DNA of 64,000 nucleotides from a virus (IMGVR_UViG_3300037067_007156:301519-365518), one strand, 5' to 3'; positions 19,221 to 30,537 are shown, counted from the stretch's first letter. Notes: generated by a model from the sequence alone, not told the origin. Numbers and translations: made by a program.

Positions 19221-20921
19221 ATGTTACTCGATAAAGAGATTGTTATTGAAATAAATCCTAAAAATGATAGGACATATTATAAATTAGGATATTACGATAT
19301 CAATTCTATTGACATCACACAACTATTATTTATTAACATAAAAATTGAAGATTTAAATCATACTTCAAAAGAATATGTGAATGTTAAATGTGATATATGT
19401 GGCGATGAAAAGAAAATTCAATATTATAATTATTGGAAAAATATTAAAAAACACGGGATTTATACATGTAATCAAAAATGTGCTCAAATCAAAAACAAAA
19501 AAACAAATTTAAAACGTTATAACACGGAATCTATTCTTGGTGATAAAGGGTTTATAGAAAAAGGTAAACAAACTCTTATCGAAAGATACGGTGTTGATAA
19601 TGCTATGAAAAATGAAAACATTAAAGAAAAAAGTAAAAAGACATTAAAAGAAAGATATGGCGTTGAAGTACCAATGAAAAATATCGATATAAAAAATAAA
19701 CAACAACAAACAATGAAAGAACGCTATGGTAAAAAACATGCGTTGCAAGTTGATGAATTTTTAAGTAAAAGTGTTGAAAAGCAAAAGAATAAATCTGAAG
19801 AAGAAAAATTTCAAATAAATAAAAAAAGAGAAATTACAACATTAAAGAACTATGGAGTTAATAACATTGCCAATTCTTCTTATTTAAACAATAAAAAATT
19901 TAAAAAATTAAAAGCAAAATATTCTGATTATAATATTTTATCTTCTAATAAAAAGGAAATTGAAATAAAATGTGATTGTGGACATACTGTTGTTGTTCCG
20001 TATTCAGTATTCTATAATAGGGTGAAAAATAAAGCGAATGTTTGCACAGAATGTTTCCCAATAAATTCTAAAAAATCTGGAATGGAATTTAATTTTAGAG
20101 AATATATTTATTCTATATATGATAAAGATAAAATTTTAATAAACAAACGATTCAATCGAAAAGAATTAGATATTTACATTCCTGATAAAAACTTGGCGAT
20201 AGAAATAAATGGGTTATATTGGCATTCGGAAGAATATAAACCTAATAATTATCATTTAGAAAAAACTGAACTTTGTGAAAATATGAATATTCAATTACTT
20301 CATATATACGAAGATGACTGGTTATACAAAACAGATATTGTTAAATCTATTATTAAAAGTAAATTAAATATTTTTGATAGGAAAATATATGCCAGAAAAA
20401 CAGTTATTAAAATTTTACAGAATTTTGAAATAAAAGATTTTTTGAATAACAACCATATACAAGGTTATAGGAATTCTGATATAAATTTAGGTTTATATTA
20501 TGGTGATGAGCTTGTTAGTTTAATGTCGTTTAATAGTAGAAAAATCAAAGATAATATTAGTGATGTTTATGAATTAACCAGATATTGTAACATAATAAAC
20601 ACACAAGTTATAGGCGGTGCGAGTAAATTATTTAGTTATTTTATTAAAAAATATAATTTTAAAAATATTTATACAGTTGTAGATAGAAGTTTGTTTAATG
20701 GTTATTTATATAAAAAATTAAATTTTTTGTTAATTAATAAAACAAAACCAGATTTTTCTTATATAATAAATAGTGTAAAAGAAAAAAAGTTTAAATATAG
20801 AAAAAATAAATTAGTAAGTGATGGTTTTGATAAAAACAAAACTGAGCATGAAATTATGTTAGAACGAGGATTTTTTAGAATATATGATAGTGGAACATTA
20901 AATTTTATATTTTCAAAATAA
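19221..20921 (+). CDS. Hef-like homing endonuclease, paralog of 15659-17200
   Basis: CDICG, ERYG repeats, ELDIYIP..AIEINGLYWH, IYARK..GGASKL domain. Confidence 0.75.
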   Translation: MLLDKEIVIEINPKNDRTYYKLGYYDINSIDITQLLFINIKIEDLNHTSKEYVNVKCDICGDEKKIQYYNYWKNIKKHGIYTCNQKCAQIKNKKTNLKRYNTESILGDKGFIEKGKQTLIERYGVDNAMKNENIKEKSKKTLKERYGVEVPMKNIDIKNKQQQTMKERYGKKHALQVDEFLSKSVEKQKNKSEEEKFQINKKREITTLKNYGVNNIANSSYLNNKKFKKLKAKYSDYNILSSNKKEIEIKCDCGHTVVVPYSVFYNRVKNKANVCTECFPINSKKSGMEFNFREYIYSIYDKDKILINKRFNRKELDIYIPDKNLAIEINGLYWHSEEYKPNNYHLEKTELCENMNIQLLHIYEDDWLYKTDIVKSIIKSKLNIFDRKIYARKTVIKILQNFEIKDFLNNNHIQGYRNSDINLGLYYGDELVSLMSFNSRKIKDNISDVYELTRYCNIINTQVIGGASKLFSYFIKKYNFKNIYTVVDRSLFNGYLYKKLNFLLINKTKPDFSYIINSVKEKKFKYRKNKLVSDGFDKNKTEHEIMLERGFFRIYDSGTLNFIFSK

Positions 20922-20990
20922 TAAGTTATAATTTTTTTATAAAAAAATAAAAAGTATTTTTGTATAGTAAATCAAAAAATAATAAAATAT

Positions 20991-21980
20991 ATGGAAGCAA
21001 GACACATAAATAATTTACAGACGATTGAGGATTTTTTGAAAACAACGAATATACCTTATACCAGAGAGGATAAGATTTTCTATTTAAATGATAGAAAATT
21101 TGAAATTCGTTATGTTGATTCTGAGAATCACAAGATGGATTATGAAAAAAGGTTTGGTATTAAAGGTATCCCTCATAATTATTTTGTTAATATAACAAAG
21201 AAAAATAAAGAAGCGGGTATAAGAACCATGTGGATTAAAGACTGGGAAATGGAAGATTTCAAAACGATTACCGATATTGATGGTGTTGAACTCGTCGATT
21301 ACAAACGTAAGTGGAACGTGTTACAGTCTTACATAAAAACTGCAACTGGTAATATCGAAAAAAGGTTTTATGCAAGGGACTGTGAAATTCGAGAAATAAC
21401 TAATAAAGAACTTAGACCATTCTTGGAAGAAAATAGTTTTTATGGTTTTAGAAGTGCCAGTGTTAATTTGGGATTATTTTCGAAGAAAGATAAAAATGGA
21501 ATAAAGAAGGATACATTATTAATGGTGTATACTTTTGGACATCCATTTTTTGGCAAGGGTTTATATGATATCGAAATAATAAGGGTTGCAACAAAGATAA
21601 ATTGTCAAGTCATTGGGGGCGCAAGTAAATTACTTTCAAAATTTATAATAAATTATCCGACATTAAAGATTGGTGATAAAGTTGTTAATGTCAATAAAAT
21701 AGTATTTATTGTTGATGCTGACCACAATGATGCTAAATCTTTAGAAACAATGGGATTTACTTTTGTTAGTCACAAAGGGTGTGGGTTTATGAACGTCGAA
21801 GTTAGTACTGGTAAAGTATTTCATCGACAACCGATGCACCATAAACTTATGATGGAAAAAAAGGCTAAAGGCGAAATATATAGTGTCGCAAATGCTGGTT
21901 CTATTATTTATACGATAGATAGAGAATATTATCTTAATACCGTGATAAATAAGGAAACCATTCCTGAAACTGTTGATTAA
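20991..21980 (+). CDS. Hef-related protein (YARxC / GGASKL domain)
   Basis: FYARDCEIREI and VIGGASKLL shared with the C-terminal domain of 19221-20921. Confidence 0.65.
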   Translation: MEARHINNLQTIEDFLKTTNIPYTREDKIFYLNDRKFEIRYVDSENHKMDYEKRFGIKGIPHNYFVNITKKNKEAGIRTMWIKDWEMEDFKTITDIDGVELVDYKRKWNVLQSYIKTATGNIEKRFYARDCEIREITNKELRPFLEENSFYGFRSASVNLGLFSKKDKNGIKKDTLLMVYTFGHPFFGKGLYDIEIIRVATKINCQVIGGASKLLSKFIINYPTLKIGDKVVNVNKIVFIVDADHNDAKSLETMGFTFVSHKGCGFMNVEVSTGKVFHRQPMHHKLMMEKKAKGEIYSVANAGSIIYTIDREYYLNTVINKETIPETVD

Positions 21981-22025
21981 TTTGTAATTTGTAATTATTA
22001 ATTATACATGAAAACGACTGATATT

Positions 22026-22526
22026 TTATATACCAGTCGTTTTTTCGATTTGTAGAGTATTTCTATTCGAAAGATTATAAAATTTAATAAGGTTATTATT
22101 ATAATCAATTACAATTTCGAAATTATATAACCCTTTTGAAATTTTATCTTTAACGAAATTTTCGAGTTCAGTTATTTGAATATTTGTTTCACTTTGAAAA
22201 TCGTCAATATCTATTTGAATATTATCTAATTCCTTTTTCATTTCTTCTTTTTTAAGACGTAACCATTCCATGATTTTAGTAATCATTGTACCCCATTTAT
22301 CTGAACCTTTTCTATATTCACCAAAATGTATTATATCTCGACCTTGATTATCAGCAGACGGTGATGTTTTTTCTTTTTCATCATCTTCACCGTCAGATTT
22401 TAAACCAATATCTTCTCTGGAAATGTGAGGTGTGCTACCTATATAATCTTCGAATTTTTTTGTATAGATATTTTCATCAATGATATCTTTGGTCGTTAAA
22501 AAACAATTATAGGTTTTTATAGTCAT
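22026..22526 (-). CDS. hypothetical protein
   Basis: ORF coupled to 22526-23137. Confidence 0.65.
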   Translation of the reverse strand: MTIKTYNCFLTTKDIIDENIYTKKFEDYIGSTPHISREDIGLKSDGEDDEKEKTSPSADNQGRDIIHFGEYRKGSDKWGTMITKIMEWLRLKKEEMKKELDNIQIDIDDFQSETNIQITELENFVKDKISKGLYNFEIVIDYNNNLIKFYNLSNRNTLQIEKTTGI

Positions 22527-23137
22527 TATTTCTTAACATTCATTTTTGTGATAAATAATTCTATACCTAATTCCTCATCATTGTAATTATATTCTTCAAA
22601 TTTTGGGTCTTCTTTTGCTTCTTGATATAATGATACAGAACCATTTTCTATGGATTTTTGTGATATTGGGGCTAACATACCAAATCTTTCAAAACGATGA
22701 ATATTATTATATGGTAAATTATATTTTTTCATGAATGTATCTAATTTTTGTATAAATGAACTTAAATATTCTTCTACTATGTAATTCAAACCATATACAG
22801 CGTTTTTATAAATAATACCAGACAAATCATCAAATGAACATTCGGGGCATTTTACAGAACTTATTTCTTCTGAGTATATACAAAGGTCAAGTTGTTTATC
22901 TAAATTAAAACCTGCTATGTCTGTTTCATCTGCTTCAGTTTCCTCTACTATAAGATTTTCAAAATCATCGAAAGTTGTAATAGGTTTACCATCAATACGT
23001 TCAATAGATTTACTTATAATAGATTTTACTTGGTCTACTACATCGAAATCCTCTCTTACTTTTGCCATGAAATCATTAACAGAATCAGCACTCTCATTAA
23101 CTATAAATGAATTGAAATTTTTAACTAACATAATCAT
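22526..23137 (-). CDS. acidic hypothetical protein, putative virion internal protein
   Basis: N-terminus MLVKNFNSFIVNES; late-like promoter. Confidence 0.6.
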   Translation of the reverse strand: MIMLVKNFNSFIVNESADSVNDFMAKVREDFDVVDQVKSIISKSIERIDGKPITTFDDFENLIVEETEADETDIAGFNLDKQLDLCIYSEEISSVKCPECSFDDLSGIIYKNAVYGLNYIVEEYLSSFIQKLDTFMKKYNLPYNNIHRFERFGMLAPISQKSIENGSVSLYQEAKEDPKFEEYNYNDEELGIELFITKMNVKK

Positions 23138-23166
23138 AAATTATTTTTTATTATATATAAAAAAGA

Positions 23167-23197
23167 AAAAGTGAAAATTCTTTCGATTTTTCACTTT
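23167..23197. terminator. terminator hairpin
   Basis: AAAGTGAAAA...TTTTCACTTT. Confidence 0.55.
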
Positions 23198-23222
23198 AAT
23201 AATTTAGTATAGAATGATGTAT

Positions 23223-23618
23223 TTATTTAATATATCGTTTAAATAAATATGTTTTACATATTGTGTATTTATCCGTATCAGTAAATGTAATATTTTCTTC
23301 CAACTGAATATTATTAACGTTTTCTATATAAACCCAACCTAATTTGGCTATCTGGTTAATATAATAAAGTTCGGTATTTATCTTTTTATTAATTGTGATT
23401 GATTCCGTAACAGTACCATTTGTCACATACACTTTAAAAATATTCTCTGAAGATTTAGATTGAGAATTGGTCGTACCATCGGATGTGATAATAGTTTCAC
23501 TTTCAATAATTAGATACGCATATTCTTCAGGTTGTTTTGCTGTGTTGGTTAATAATTGTTGCCCAAACGTGGTTAATGTTAAACCAATAAAAATAACGGA
23601 AAAAAATAGTTTTTTCAT
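23223..23618 (-). CDS. secreted protein with Sec signal peptide
   Basis: MKKLFFSVIFIGLTLTTFGQ, a Bacteroidota-style signal peptide ending at Gln. Confidence 0.65.
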   Translation of the reverse strand: MKKLFFSVIFIGLTLTTFGQQLLTNTAKQPEEYAYLIIESETIITSDGTTNSQSKSSENIFKVYVTNGTVTESITINKKINTELYYINQIAKLGWVYIENVNNIQLEENITFTDTDKYTICKTYLFKRYIK

Positions 23619-23722
23619 TTAATAAGTATGTTTTTAAGTGTATTGTGTAAAATTAGATAAAAGTTTTATATTAATAAAACAAAAAAGTTTGTTTTTATAA
23701 AAAATATTTTGTGATAATTTTA

Positions 23723-25135
23723 TTACCAGTTTTTACCTTTTTTATTGTCAATAAGTATTTCTTTTTTATCACCGTTATCTTTCTCATCGTAATTATTTTG
23801 ACTTGTAATACCAAAGAAATCATCATTATCACTTACGACTTTAACTTCATCACCAATCACACCTGTTTCCCCAACTTTAGACATTCTAAGAATACCGTCT
23901 GGCATTTCACCATTCATAAGACCTCCATAAAAAAACGACATAGATATTAAAGAAGCACTATCAGCATTGGATGTACTTACTTTACAATTAAAAACATCTG
24001 TTACACAAATATCAGAATTTTTAATCATTGAATTATTAATGGTACAATTGACAAACTTACAATGGTCAAAAACACCACCGTTTATGACACTATTTATGAT
24101 TGTCCAGTTACTGATATCAAATATACCAGTTATAGTTGAATCGACTAATTCTAACTCTTTTGTATCAGTATTATAATTGATTGTACAATTATTTAAATTG
24201 AAAGTATTAGATATTAAATCATATAATTCATTGAATATATCACCATAGTGAACATTTAATACAGACATAGATGAACTTCGGTCAATTTCTAAATTTAGAG
24301 TTGGAAAATTTCCAATAAAACTATCTAAACAATTGAAGTTTTTATAAACATTAATATTTTTACTTAAATAATCTTTTAATTCATCCAAATCATCATCTGT
24401 AAGAGGTTCGTTTATACAATTCCACGTTAATACTATGAAATAATCCATTATTTGAAGTATTTCATTTGTTTTTTTCTCATAATCAGTATGACCTATGTAT
24501 CTAAACTCTAACCTACCATCTGATAAAACCATGAAATTTATTCCGTAGTAACGGTCATTATCTGGTAATTCTAAACTTGATTGAAGAATATTTAACCCGT
24601 CGGATGCATAATTAAACTGTTTGAAAGGTATGATTCTTTTAACTGATTTGGCATAATAATTATCCTTTCTTTCTGGAAAGGATTTATAAATATAATCTTC
24701 ATCAACATTCAGGATTAATTTAAGTCTATTTACTTTATCTATTGTTTTACCTTCTGAATTTTCATCAAAAGAAATATTTATATGTATTGAACATTTTTCA
24801 TTAGTATAACCATTTTCTCGAATAAATTGTAAAGATTTTAACAAAACAATTCTGGCAAAATTATATTTTATTTTACCAGTAATGAGTTCAACCATTGAAC
24901 TACCACCGGAAAAATCGGGTGTAATTATGTATTTATTGTCGGTGGGTTTTGTTTCTGGGTGATATTTTCTAAACCCCTGAACTTGTATATTTAATTCCCT
25001 AAACGAATTGTTTAATTTTTCCAATAATTTATAATAAGAAATATTTTTATTTGTAAAAAATTCAAATTCAAACCCTATAAAAGCATTTTTAAGTATATTG
25101 AAGTCATTTAAATACTTTGATGAGAAATTAGACAT
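23723..25135 (-). CDS. putative amidoligase (COOH-NH2 ligase-like) with beta-helix-like C-terminus
   Basis: IGFEFEF, DFSGG..VELIT, SIHINISF, RYYGINF, LEFRY. Confidence 0.65.
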   Translation of the reverse strand: MSNFSSKYLNDFNILKNAFIGFEFEFFTNKNISYYKLLEKLNNSFRELNIQVQGFRKYHPETKPTDNKYIITPDFSGGSSMVELITGKIKYNFARIVLLKSLQFIRENGYTNEKCSIHINISFDENSEGKTIDKVNRLKLILNVDEDYIYKSFPERKDNYYAKSVKRIIPFKQFNYASDGLNILQSSLELPDNDRYYGINFMVLSDGRLEFRYIGHTDYEKKTNEILQIMDYFIVLTWNCINEPLTDDDLDELKDYLSKNINVYKNFNCLDSFIGNFPTLNLEIDRSSSMSVLNVHYGDIFNELYDLISNTFNLNNCTINYNTDTKELELVDSTITGIFDISNWTIINSVINGGVFDHCKFVNCTINNSMIKNSDICVTDVFNCKVSTSNADSASLISMSFFYGGLMNGEMPDGILRMSKVGETGVIGDEVKVVSDNDDFFGITSQNNYDEKDNGDKKEILIDNKKGKNW

Positions 25136-25295
25136 ACTTGTTTGTTAATATTTTTATTTATATATTAATTTCAAGAAGCATAATTTAAAATAATGTATTA
25201 TTAAAATATATTTTTTAATAAAAATCATTTTTTTTATCAAAAAGAAAAAATGGAACTTAAATATTTAATATATAGAAGAAAAATAAATTTAGAAT

Positions 25296-25613
25296 ATGGA
25301 AATTTTAACAATTATTTTAATCGTAGTTTTTGGGATAGCTTTAGTGGGTGGTTTCGCTGGTGCTATTGTATATTACAACAAATTCAAGGCCATTTCTCAA
25401 AAGTTTAAAGAATTCTCAAAAGTAATCTTAGATGCAGTATCAGATAAGAAATTAAGTGATATCGAAAAAGCAAACATTCTTACTAAAGTTGAAGAATTGA
25501 CACCAATGGTAAAAGAATTACTTGCTGATATTTCAAAAGATGCTGGGGAATTAGATACTAATTTTTCGAACTTTGTTGAAAAGTTAAAGGCTATTCTTGC
25601 AAAAAAGAAATAA
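25296..25613 (+). CDS. single-TM membrane protein
   Basis: N-terminal hydrophobic helix; TAATATATA at 25266-25274. Confidence 0.65.
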   Translation: MEILTIILIVVFGIALVGGFAGAIVYYNKFKAISQKFKEFSKVILDAVSDKKLSDIEKANILTKVEELTPMVKELLADISKDAGELDTNFSNFVEKLKAILAKKK

Positions 25614-25933
25614 AAAATAATTTTTTTTGAAAAAATGTTAGTAGACCATTCAACAGAAAATTCTAAAATAGATTCAGAAAAGAGTATTGACAGAACTATT
25701 GAAGAAAAGACGTTTAAAGAAAACTTCATAAAAAAATATCACTTAATTTTAAGTGAGAAGAAACAAGTAGTAGCTTAATTTTTCGTAAAATGTTTATAAT
25801 AAGATGATTAATCAAGTGTACCTAACAAGGGTGTTTGATATTATTGTCTCATTTAAAACCATTAAAAATCATTTAGAAACAAAAATTTTTAAATGATTTT
25901 TTTTATATATATACACTAAAACAAAATTGAATT

Positions 25934-26353
25934 ATGAAATATTTAAAAGAATTCATTAAATTTAATGAGAGTGTTATAACAAATAAATTGAATGAAACTG
26001 GTGAATGGCCTTCAAATATTGATTGGCAATATGTAAAAGACAACCCAGATGTTGTAGATGAATATACAAGTCGTATTAAAGACATGGCTGATGCTATGGA
26101 AGAAGTTAAAGCATCCTTACCAGATAATTTTCCGTTTGAATTAAAATATGTTGTTGGTTTCGATAATTATCAAGGTGCATACGCTATTGTTAAAATAAAT
26201 GGTAGTTCATATAAAGTATGGGAAATGGAAGAAAATTTATTTTGGATTGAAAATTATAAGTTAGATAATACTTCAGGTGAAGGTTTAAGTGCAGGATTTC
26301 AAGGAAATACTTCTGATATAACTGATGCTTTAATCGCTACTGAAACTTATTAA
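25934..26353 (+). CDS. hypothetical protein, putative virion internal protein
   Basis: N-terminus MKYLKEFIKFNES; late-like promoter. Confidence 0.65.
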   Translation: MKYLKEFIKFNESVITNKLNETGEWPSNIDWQYVKDNPDVVDEYTSRIKDMADAMEEVKASLPDNFPFELKYVVGFDNYQGAYAIVKINGSSYKVWEMEENLFWIENYKLDNTSGEGLSAGFQGNTSDITDALIATETY

Positions 26354-27231
26354 ATTTTTCGTTTAACACCACCGTCAATAGAACGGTCTGATGTATCAAT
26401 AACATAAAAATCTAAAGGATAAATGAGGGACAATTCATCCCTCATTAATTTTTCTACATTAAGTAGAGTTGATTCTGTATCATCTGAAAATCCAACTTTT
26501 GCTTTAGGATTGTTATACATTGGTAAATATTCTTTTGTGAGATATTCTATAAAATATTTAATAGCAATTTTTTTAGCATCTTCTACTTTTATATTTTTAC
26601 CATCCAGTGAAAACTTTTCTTTAAAATAATTTGATTGGACACCTATAAATTGACATTGATTTAAATAATTATTCACTAATGTTTTAAAACAATTACAATT
26701 TGTATCTTCCCATGTCATTAAATTTTTCAACATTTTTTCTTTTTGAGACTCCGATAAATAATGATATATAATATATTCAATACCTTTTCTTATACTTTCA
26801 GGTTCATGGCCTCTTGCAGTACAAATTAGAAAAATACGACCATTCATTAATGTTTCAATAAATGCATTCCAAGATGGTGCAAACGCTTTTTTCTTAACTG
26901 CACCTTTTATATCATTTAAAAACTGTAATTCACCTTTCTTACCACAATCTCGAAAATAAGCTAAAGCTGAATTAATATCATCATTTCTAAATCTCCATTT
27001 ATAAAGACTATCATTCTCACCATATTCTTTATATTGCCAAGCATCTATATCTTTCTTTATATTTCGAAACTTAAATGTAGAAACATCTTTATTTATCCAT
27101 TCACCATTAATTTTTTTATCGAGTAATACTTTAGTTGGCATGAATAACAAATTATCATCTACATCAAATATATAATAAATTAACTCATTATTCTTTTTTC
27201 GTAAGATTTTGTTATAGTCTTTGTTCATCAT
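26350..27231 (-). CDS. HAD-superfamily-like protein
   Basis: FDVDDN (DxD), CTARGH, GFSDD. Confidence 0.65.
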   Translation of the reverse strand: MMNKDYNKILRKKNNELIYYIFDVDDNLLFMPTKVLLDKKINGEWINKDVSTFKFRNIKKDIDAWQYKEYGENDSLYKWRFRNDDINSALAYFRDCGKKGELQFLNDIKGAVKKKAFAPSWNAFIETLMNGRIFLICTARGHEPESIRKGIEYIIYHYLSESQKEKMLKNLMTWEDTNCNCFKTLVNNYLNQCQFIGVQSNYFKEKFSLDGKNIKVEDAKKIAIKYFIEYLTKEYLPMYNNPKAKVGFSDDTESTLLNVEKLMRDELSLIYPLDFYVIDTSDRSIDGGVKRKI

Positions 27232-27403
27232 ATTTTTTCTAACATATCAAGTAATTCAATCGTATAAGTAGATTTTCTATTAGCAGATACAACCTTGAAA
27301 CCACCGTGTCTCTTACTTTTAATAATATAACCCATATGTATTTGGGTGTCATTATTAGTCTTAAATTTAACTCTCGTTTTAAACATAATATTAATTTTTA
27401 TTT

Positions 27404-27892
27404 TTAAAGAATATCACATAAGTGTTGACCACTTTTCAAAATAATATGTTTACAATATTTCTGTTCTTTTAATTCATTAATCCAAGGTTTCCAATATTTC
27501 ATAAATACGCCTATGAAATCGTGTGGACTATCCCTTTCAATATATCTATCAAGATATTCGTTTCTTAATTCATGTTCAGGATAAACAAGAATTATATCAA
27601 AACCTTCGTTGTGTAAAAGTTTCAAACCTTCTGGGTCAGTCGCAATAAAAATATATTTAACCTTACCAAAATGCTTCTTTATATCCTCAATGTATTCTTT
27701 TTGTAATGCATTATCTTTATATTTCCAATATTCAACTTCGACTGCTTTAATATCAGTTTTTTCACAAATATATGTTTTACCAGTTCCACAAAATGCTGCA
27801 TATAAAATAGTGTTTTCAACGTTAGAATTTACATCTGAATAATATTGTTCTGTTTGCATATCTTTAACATACAACGTATTTACTTGTTTCAT
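27404..27892 (-). CDS. P-loop kinase-like protein
   Basis: Walker A AAFCGTGKT. Confidence 0.65.
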   Translation of the reverse strand: MKQVNTLYVKDMQTEQYYSDVNSNVENTILYAAFCGTGKTYICEKTDIKAVEVEYWKYKDNALQKEYIEDIKKHFGKVKYIFIATDPEGLKLLHNEGFDIILVYPEHELRNEYLDRYIERDSPHDFIGVFMKYWKPWINELKEQKYCKHIILKSGQHLCDIL

Positions 27893-27900
27893 TATTGAAT

Positions 27901-29145
27901 TTATAAAAAATTAATTATTTCTTTTTTACCATCTAAATAAATCATATCAAATACATCCTTGGAAAAATATTTTTCCATTTTCAATAAATCATATGGTGGT
28001 TTTTTAGTTTCAATAGCCAATTTATTTAAATCTTTTATTTTATTTAAACGCTTTTGAGCGTCATATTTATTTGGTTTATTCTTTAAAATATCCTTAAACA
28101 ATAATTTCCATAGAAACACTTGATAACCCTCTTTCAACATTTTAACGGAATTTTTATAACCATCGTCATCATTGTCATAAAATAAACGAATTTTAACGTT
28201 TTCATCTTTTAATAAAAATGATAAATCAGTGTTAACGCCAACTACACCTATACTATTTGGAAAAAATATTGAATCAAAGTAACCCTCGAATATTGTGACA
28301 GTTTCATTAAAATCAATATTCAAAATATTGATAAAATGTGATAATTTATTATAAGCTATTGTTTCAAATTCATCCAATTTATTATCTGAATGAACAATAT
28401 TATACATTTCACTAAATTCTATGATATGATAAAAACGTTTAATTTTTTCTTCTTTTAAATTTCTTAATTGCATTCCAAGTAATAAATTATCATGCCTGTT
28501 TAAAATTATAACAACTGGTTCTTTCCAGCTATCAGAGAAATGATAAATACCCTCGTATAAATTCGGGTCATTTTGTATATTTCTATTCAATAAAAGATAT
28601 TGATATACAATACTACCTTTTTGAACTGGTTTGATATCTGTTAATTTAAATTCTGGATGTGTATTGTAAAATTCAACAACATCGTTTAATGGTAAAAGTT
28701 TATCAAGCTTAGTTATAACAAAATCATCATCCTTTTTGTAAAATGTATTATTATCAATGTAATCATACATTTCAAGACGTTTTTCTATATCAATTTCAAT
28801 GTCGAAAGTTTCACATAATTTAACGAAAGATGCATGGTATCCACAGTTAAAACATTTATACATTAAATTCTTGAAATAAAGATTTCCTCTTTTTTTAGAA
28901 ACTATTTTTTCAGAATCACCACAGACTGGACATGCAAAGTTTAATCTATCATGATGTTCCTTTACATTTTTTTTCTGTGGATTTCTATGCGCTTTATCAA
29001 TTATATGAGAAATTTTTTCCTTGACATATTTCTTATCAAGTGTATATGTTTTTAATTCGTCCATTAAAATCCTTTTATTTCTTATATTATTAAAAAAAGA
29101 AAAAGTTGATTTCTTTTTATAAATATATAAGTATGTAATTAACAT
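27901..29145 (-). CDS. DNA primase (T4 gp61-like)
   Basis: Zinc finger CPVCGDS...KCFNCG, Toprim FEGYFD and YDNDDDG, KDLN; probable start near MDEL. Confidence 0.88.
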   Translation of the reverse strand: MLITYLYIYKKKSTFSFFNNIRNKRILMDELKTYTLDKKYVKEKISHIIDKAHRNPQKKNVKEHHDRLNFACPVCGDSEKIVSKKRGNLYFKNLMYKCFNCGYHASFVKLCETFDIEIDIEKRLEMYDYIDNNTFYKKDDDFVITKLDKLLPLNDVVEFYNTHPEFKLTDIKPVQKGSIVYQYLLLNRNIQNDPNLYEGIYHFSDSWKEPVVIILNRHDNLLLGMQLRNLKEEKIKRFYHIIEFSEMYNIVHSDNKLDEFETIAYNKLSHFINILNIDFNETVTIFEGYFDSIFFPNSIGVVGVNTDLSFLLKDENVKIRLFYDNDDDGYKNSVKMLKEGYQVFLWKLLFKDILKNKPNKYDAQKRLNKIKDLNKLAIETKKPPYDLLKMEKYFSKDVFDMIYLDGKKEIINFL

Positions 29146-29171
29146 GCGAATGTAAAAAATAATTTTATTTT

Positions 29172-29351
29172 ATGGAAGAATATTTGATAAAAGAAACAGG
29201 TCTTACGACTGATGACTTACAATCTTTAAGAGAAACTTTTGTTTCTCAATATGCAAGAAAAAACGGATGGGATGTAAATAATCTAACAGATGAACAGTTA
29301 AATGAAATAAGAACTCAAAAAGGTTATCGAGTTCCACTTTTATTATCTTAA
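29172..29351 (+). CDS. 59-aa hypothetical protein, not in ORF track
   Basis: MEEYLIKETG...YARKNGWDVNNLTDEQLNEIRTQKGYRVPLLLS*. Confidence 0.6.
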   Translation: MEEYLIKETGLTTDDLQSLRETFVSQYARKNGWDVNNLTDEQLNEIRTQKGYRVPLLLS

Positions 29352-29401
29352 TTGATGTTATTTTAATTGGTATTTCATATATTTGTATTTTAAAATAATA
29401 T

Positions 29402-29821
29402 ATGATACCGACTAAAGAAACTAAAACTGTTTATAGAAAAATTCTGTTAGCTTCCTTGTATAAGGATTTCTCGCAGTATCAACACAAATTTCAAAAAAGT
29501 GGATATGTTGATGATGAGTGTAATTATTATACGATTGATTACAATCCGGTTGTTATAAAAATACATATACATGCTTTTATTGGTAAGGTTCAAGTTATAA
29601 ATAAAACTACTGGTGAATATTTTTATTTTTTGTCTGTATTTAATTTTTGGTTTAATAAAAATTTGAGAATCGGTTATTATACAATTCTCAAAAAATATTT
29701 CAGCGATACTAAAATACAAAAACAGCTTGAAGCAAATAGAAAATCTAACGAAGATTTTTTGAATTCATTGCCTATCAACTTGGCACGATTGGAAAAGATT
29801 AAAGAAATTCTTGATACATGA
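29402..29821 (+). CDS. hypothetical protein with C-terminal tag
   Basis: Ends ARLEKIKEILDT; TATATTTG at 29378-29385. Confidence 0.7.
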   Translation: MIPTKETKTVYRKILLASLYKDFSQYQHKFQKSGYVDDECNYYTIDYNPVVIKIHIHAFIGKVQVINKTTGEYFYFLSVFNFWFNKNLRIGYYTILKKYFSDTKIQKQLEANRKSNEDFLNSLPINLARLEKIKEILDT

Positions 29822-30312
29822 TAATAGACAACAAACAAATATTATATGAATCGGGTTTAGAAAATTATATTTATAAAAAACTGGGATTTTCAACAACTGA
29901 AACACAAAGGCGTATAGCAATTCTTGAATATTATAACATACCTTTGTTTTTTAAAGAAAATACGATAAAAAATTTTACATTTTATTCTATATTTTTAACT
30001 AATTTTAAATGTGGTGATGATATAATACAATTAATGAAAAAGATGGAAAATCATCTGATTTACATTGATAATAAAATATATCCAACAGAAATAATTAAAT
30101 GTTTAACACCATTTGCTTTTATCAATGAAAGTAATAATATGCGATATATTCATGGTTTTAAAACTGGTGATGAAGTTTCATATAGAGAAGAATTAAATAC
30201 ACTTTTCGAGAAAATAAAACCAAGTCATCATTTTTCCTTCGATATTTTGGTGTTTATAATGGATATAGTTAAATTGCGCTCTTTAAAAATTAAAGAAATT
30301 TTAAACGATTAA
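29818..30312 (+). CDS. hypothetical protein with C-terminal tag
   Basis: Ends LRSLKIKEILND. Confidence 0.7.
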   Translation: MIIDNKQILYESGLENYIYKKLGFSTTETQRRIAILEYYNIPLFFKENTIKNFTFYSIFLTNFKCGDDIIQLMKKMENHLIYIDNKIYPTEIIKCLTPFAFINESNNMRYIHGFKTGDEVSYREELNTLFEKIKPSHHFSFDILVFIMDIVKLRSLKIKEILND

Positions 30313-30314
30313 AA

Positions 30315-30497
30315 ATGAATAATTTAAAACTATTAACAGAAAAAAGAGCTACAATTATTAAAAACTTGGAATATGCTCTCAAACACGGGAAAAATGATAA
30401 TTTTCTTTTCTTTAATAAACAATTGGATGAAATTGATTCAAAGATTGAAAAAATTAAAAAAATTCAAGAATCTACCAATTATCCATATTATTTTTAA
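30315..30497 (+). CDS. small hypothetical protein
   Basis: ORF within operon. Confidence 0.55.
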   Translation: MNNLKLLTEKRATIIKNLEYALKHGKNDNFLFFNKQLDEIDSKIEKIKKIQESTNYPYYF

Positions 30498-30537
30498 ACT
30501 TTTCATATAGTTTTTACTATCTATATTTAAAAACATT

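Noticed and set aside
30315-30497. KIEKIKKI as another copy of the C-terminal tag
   Set aside because: Lacks the conserved Arg, so it was not counted.
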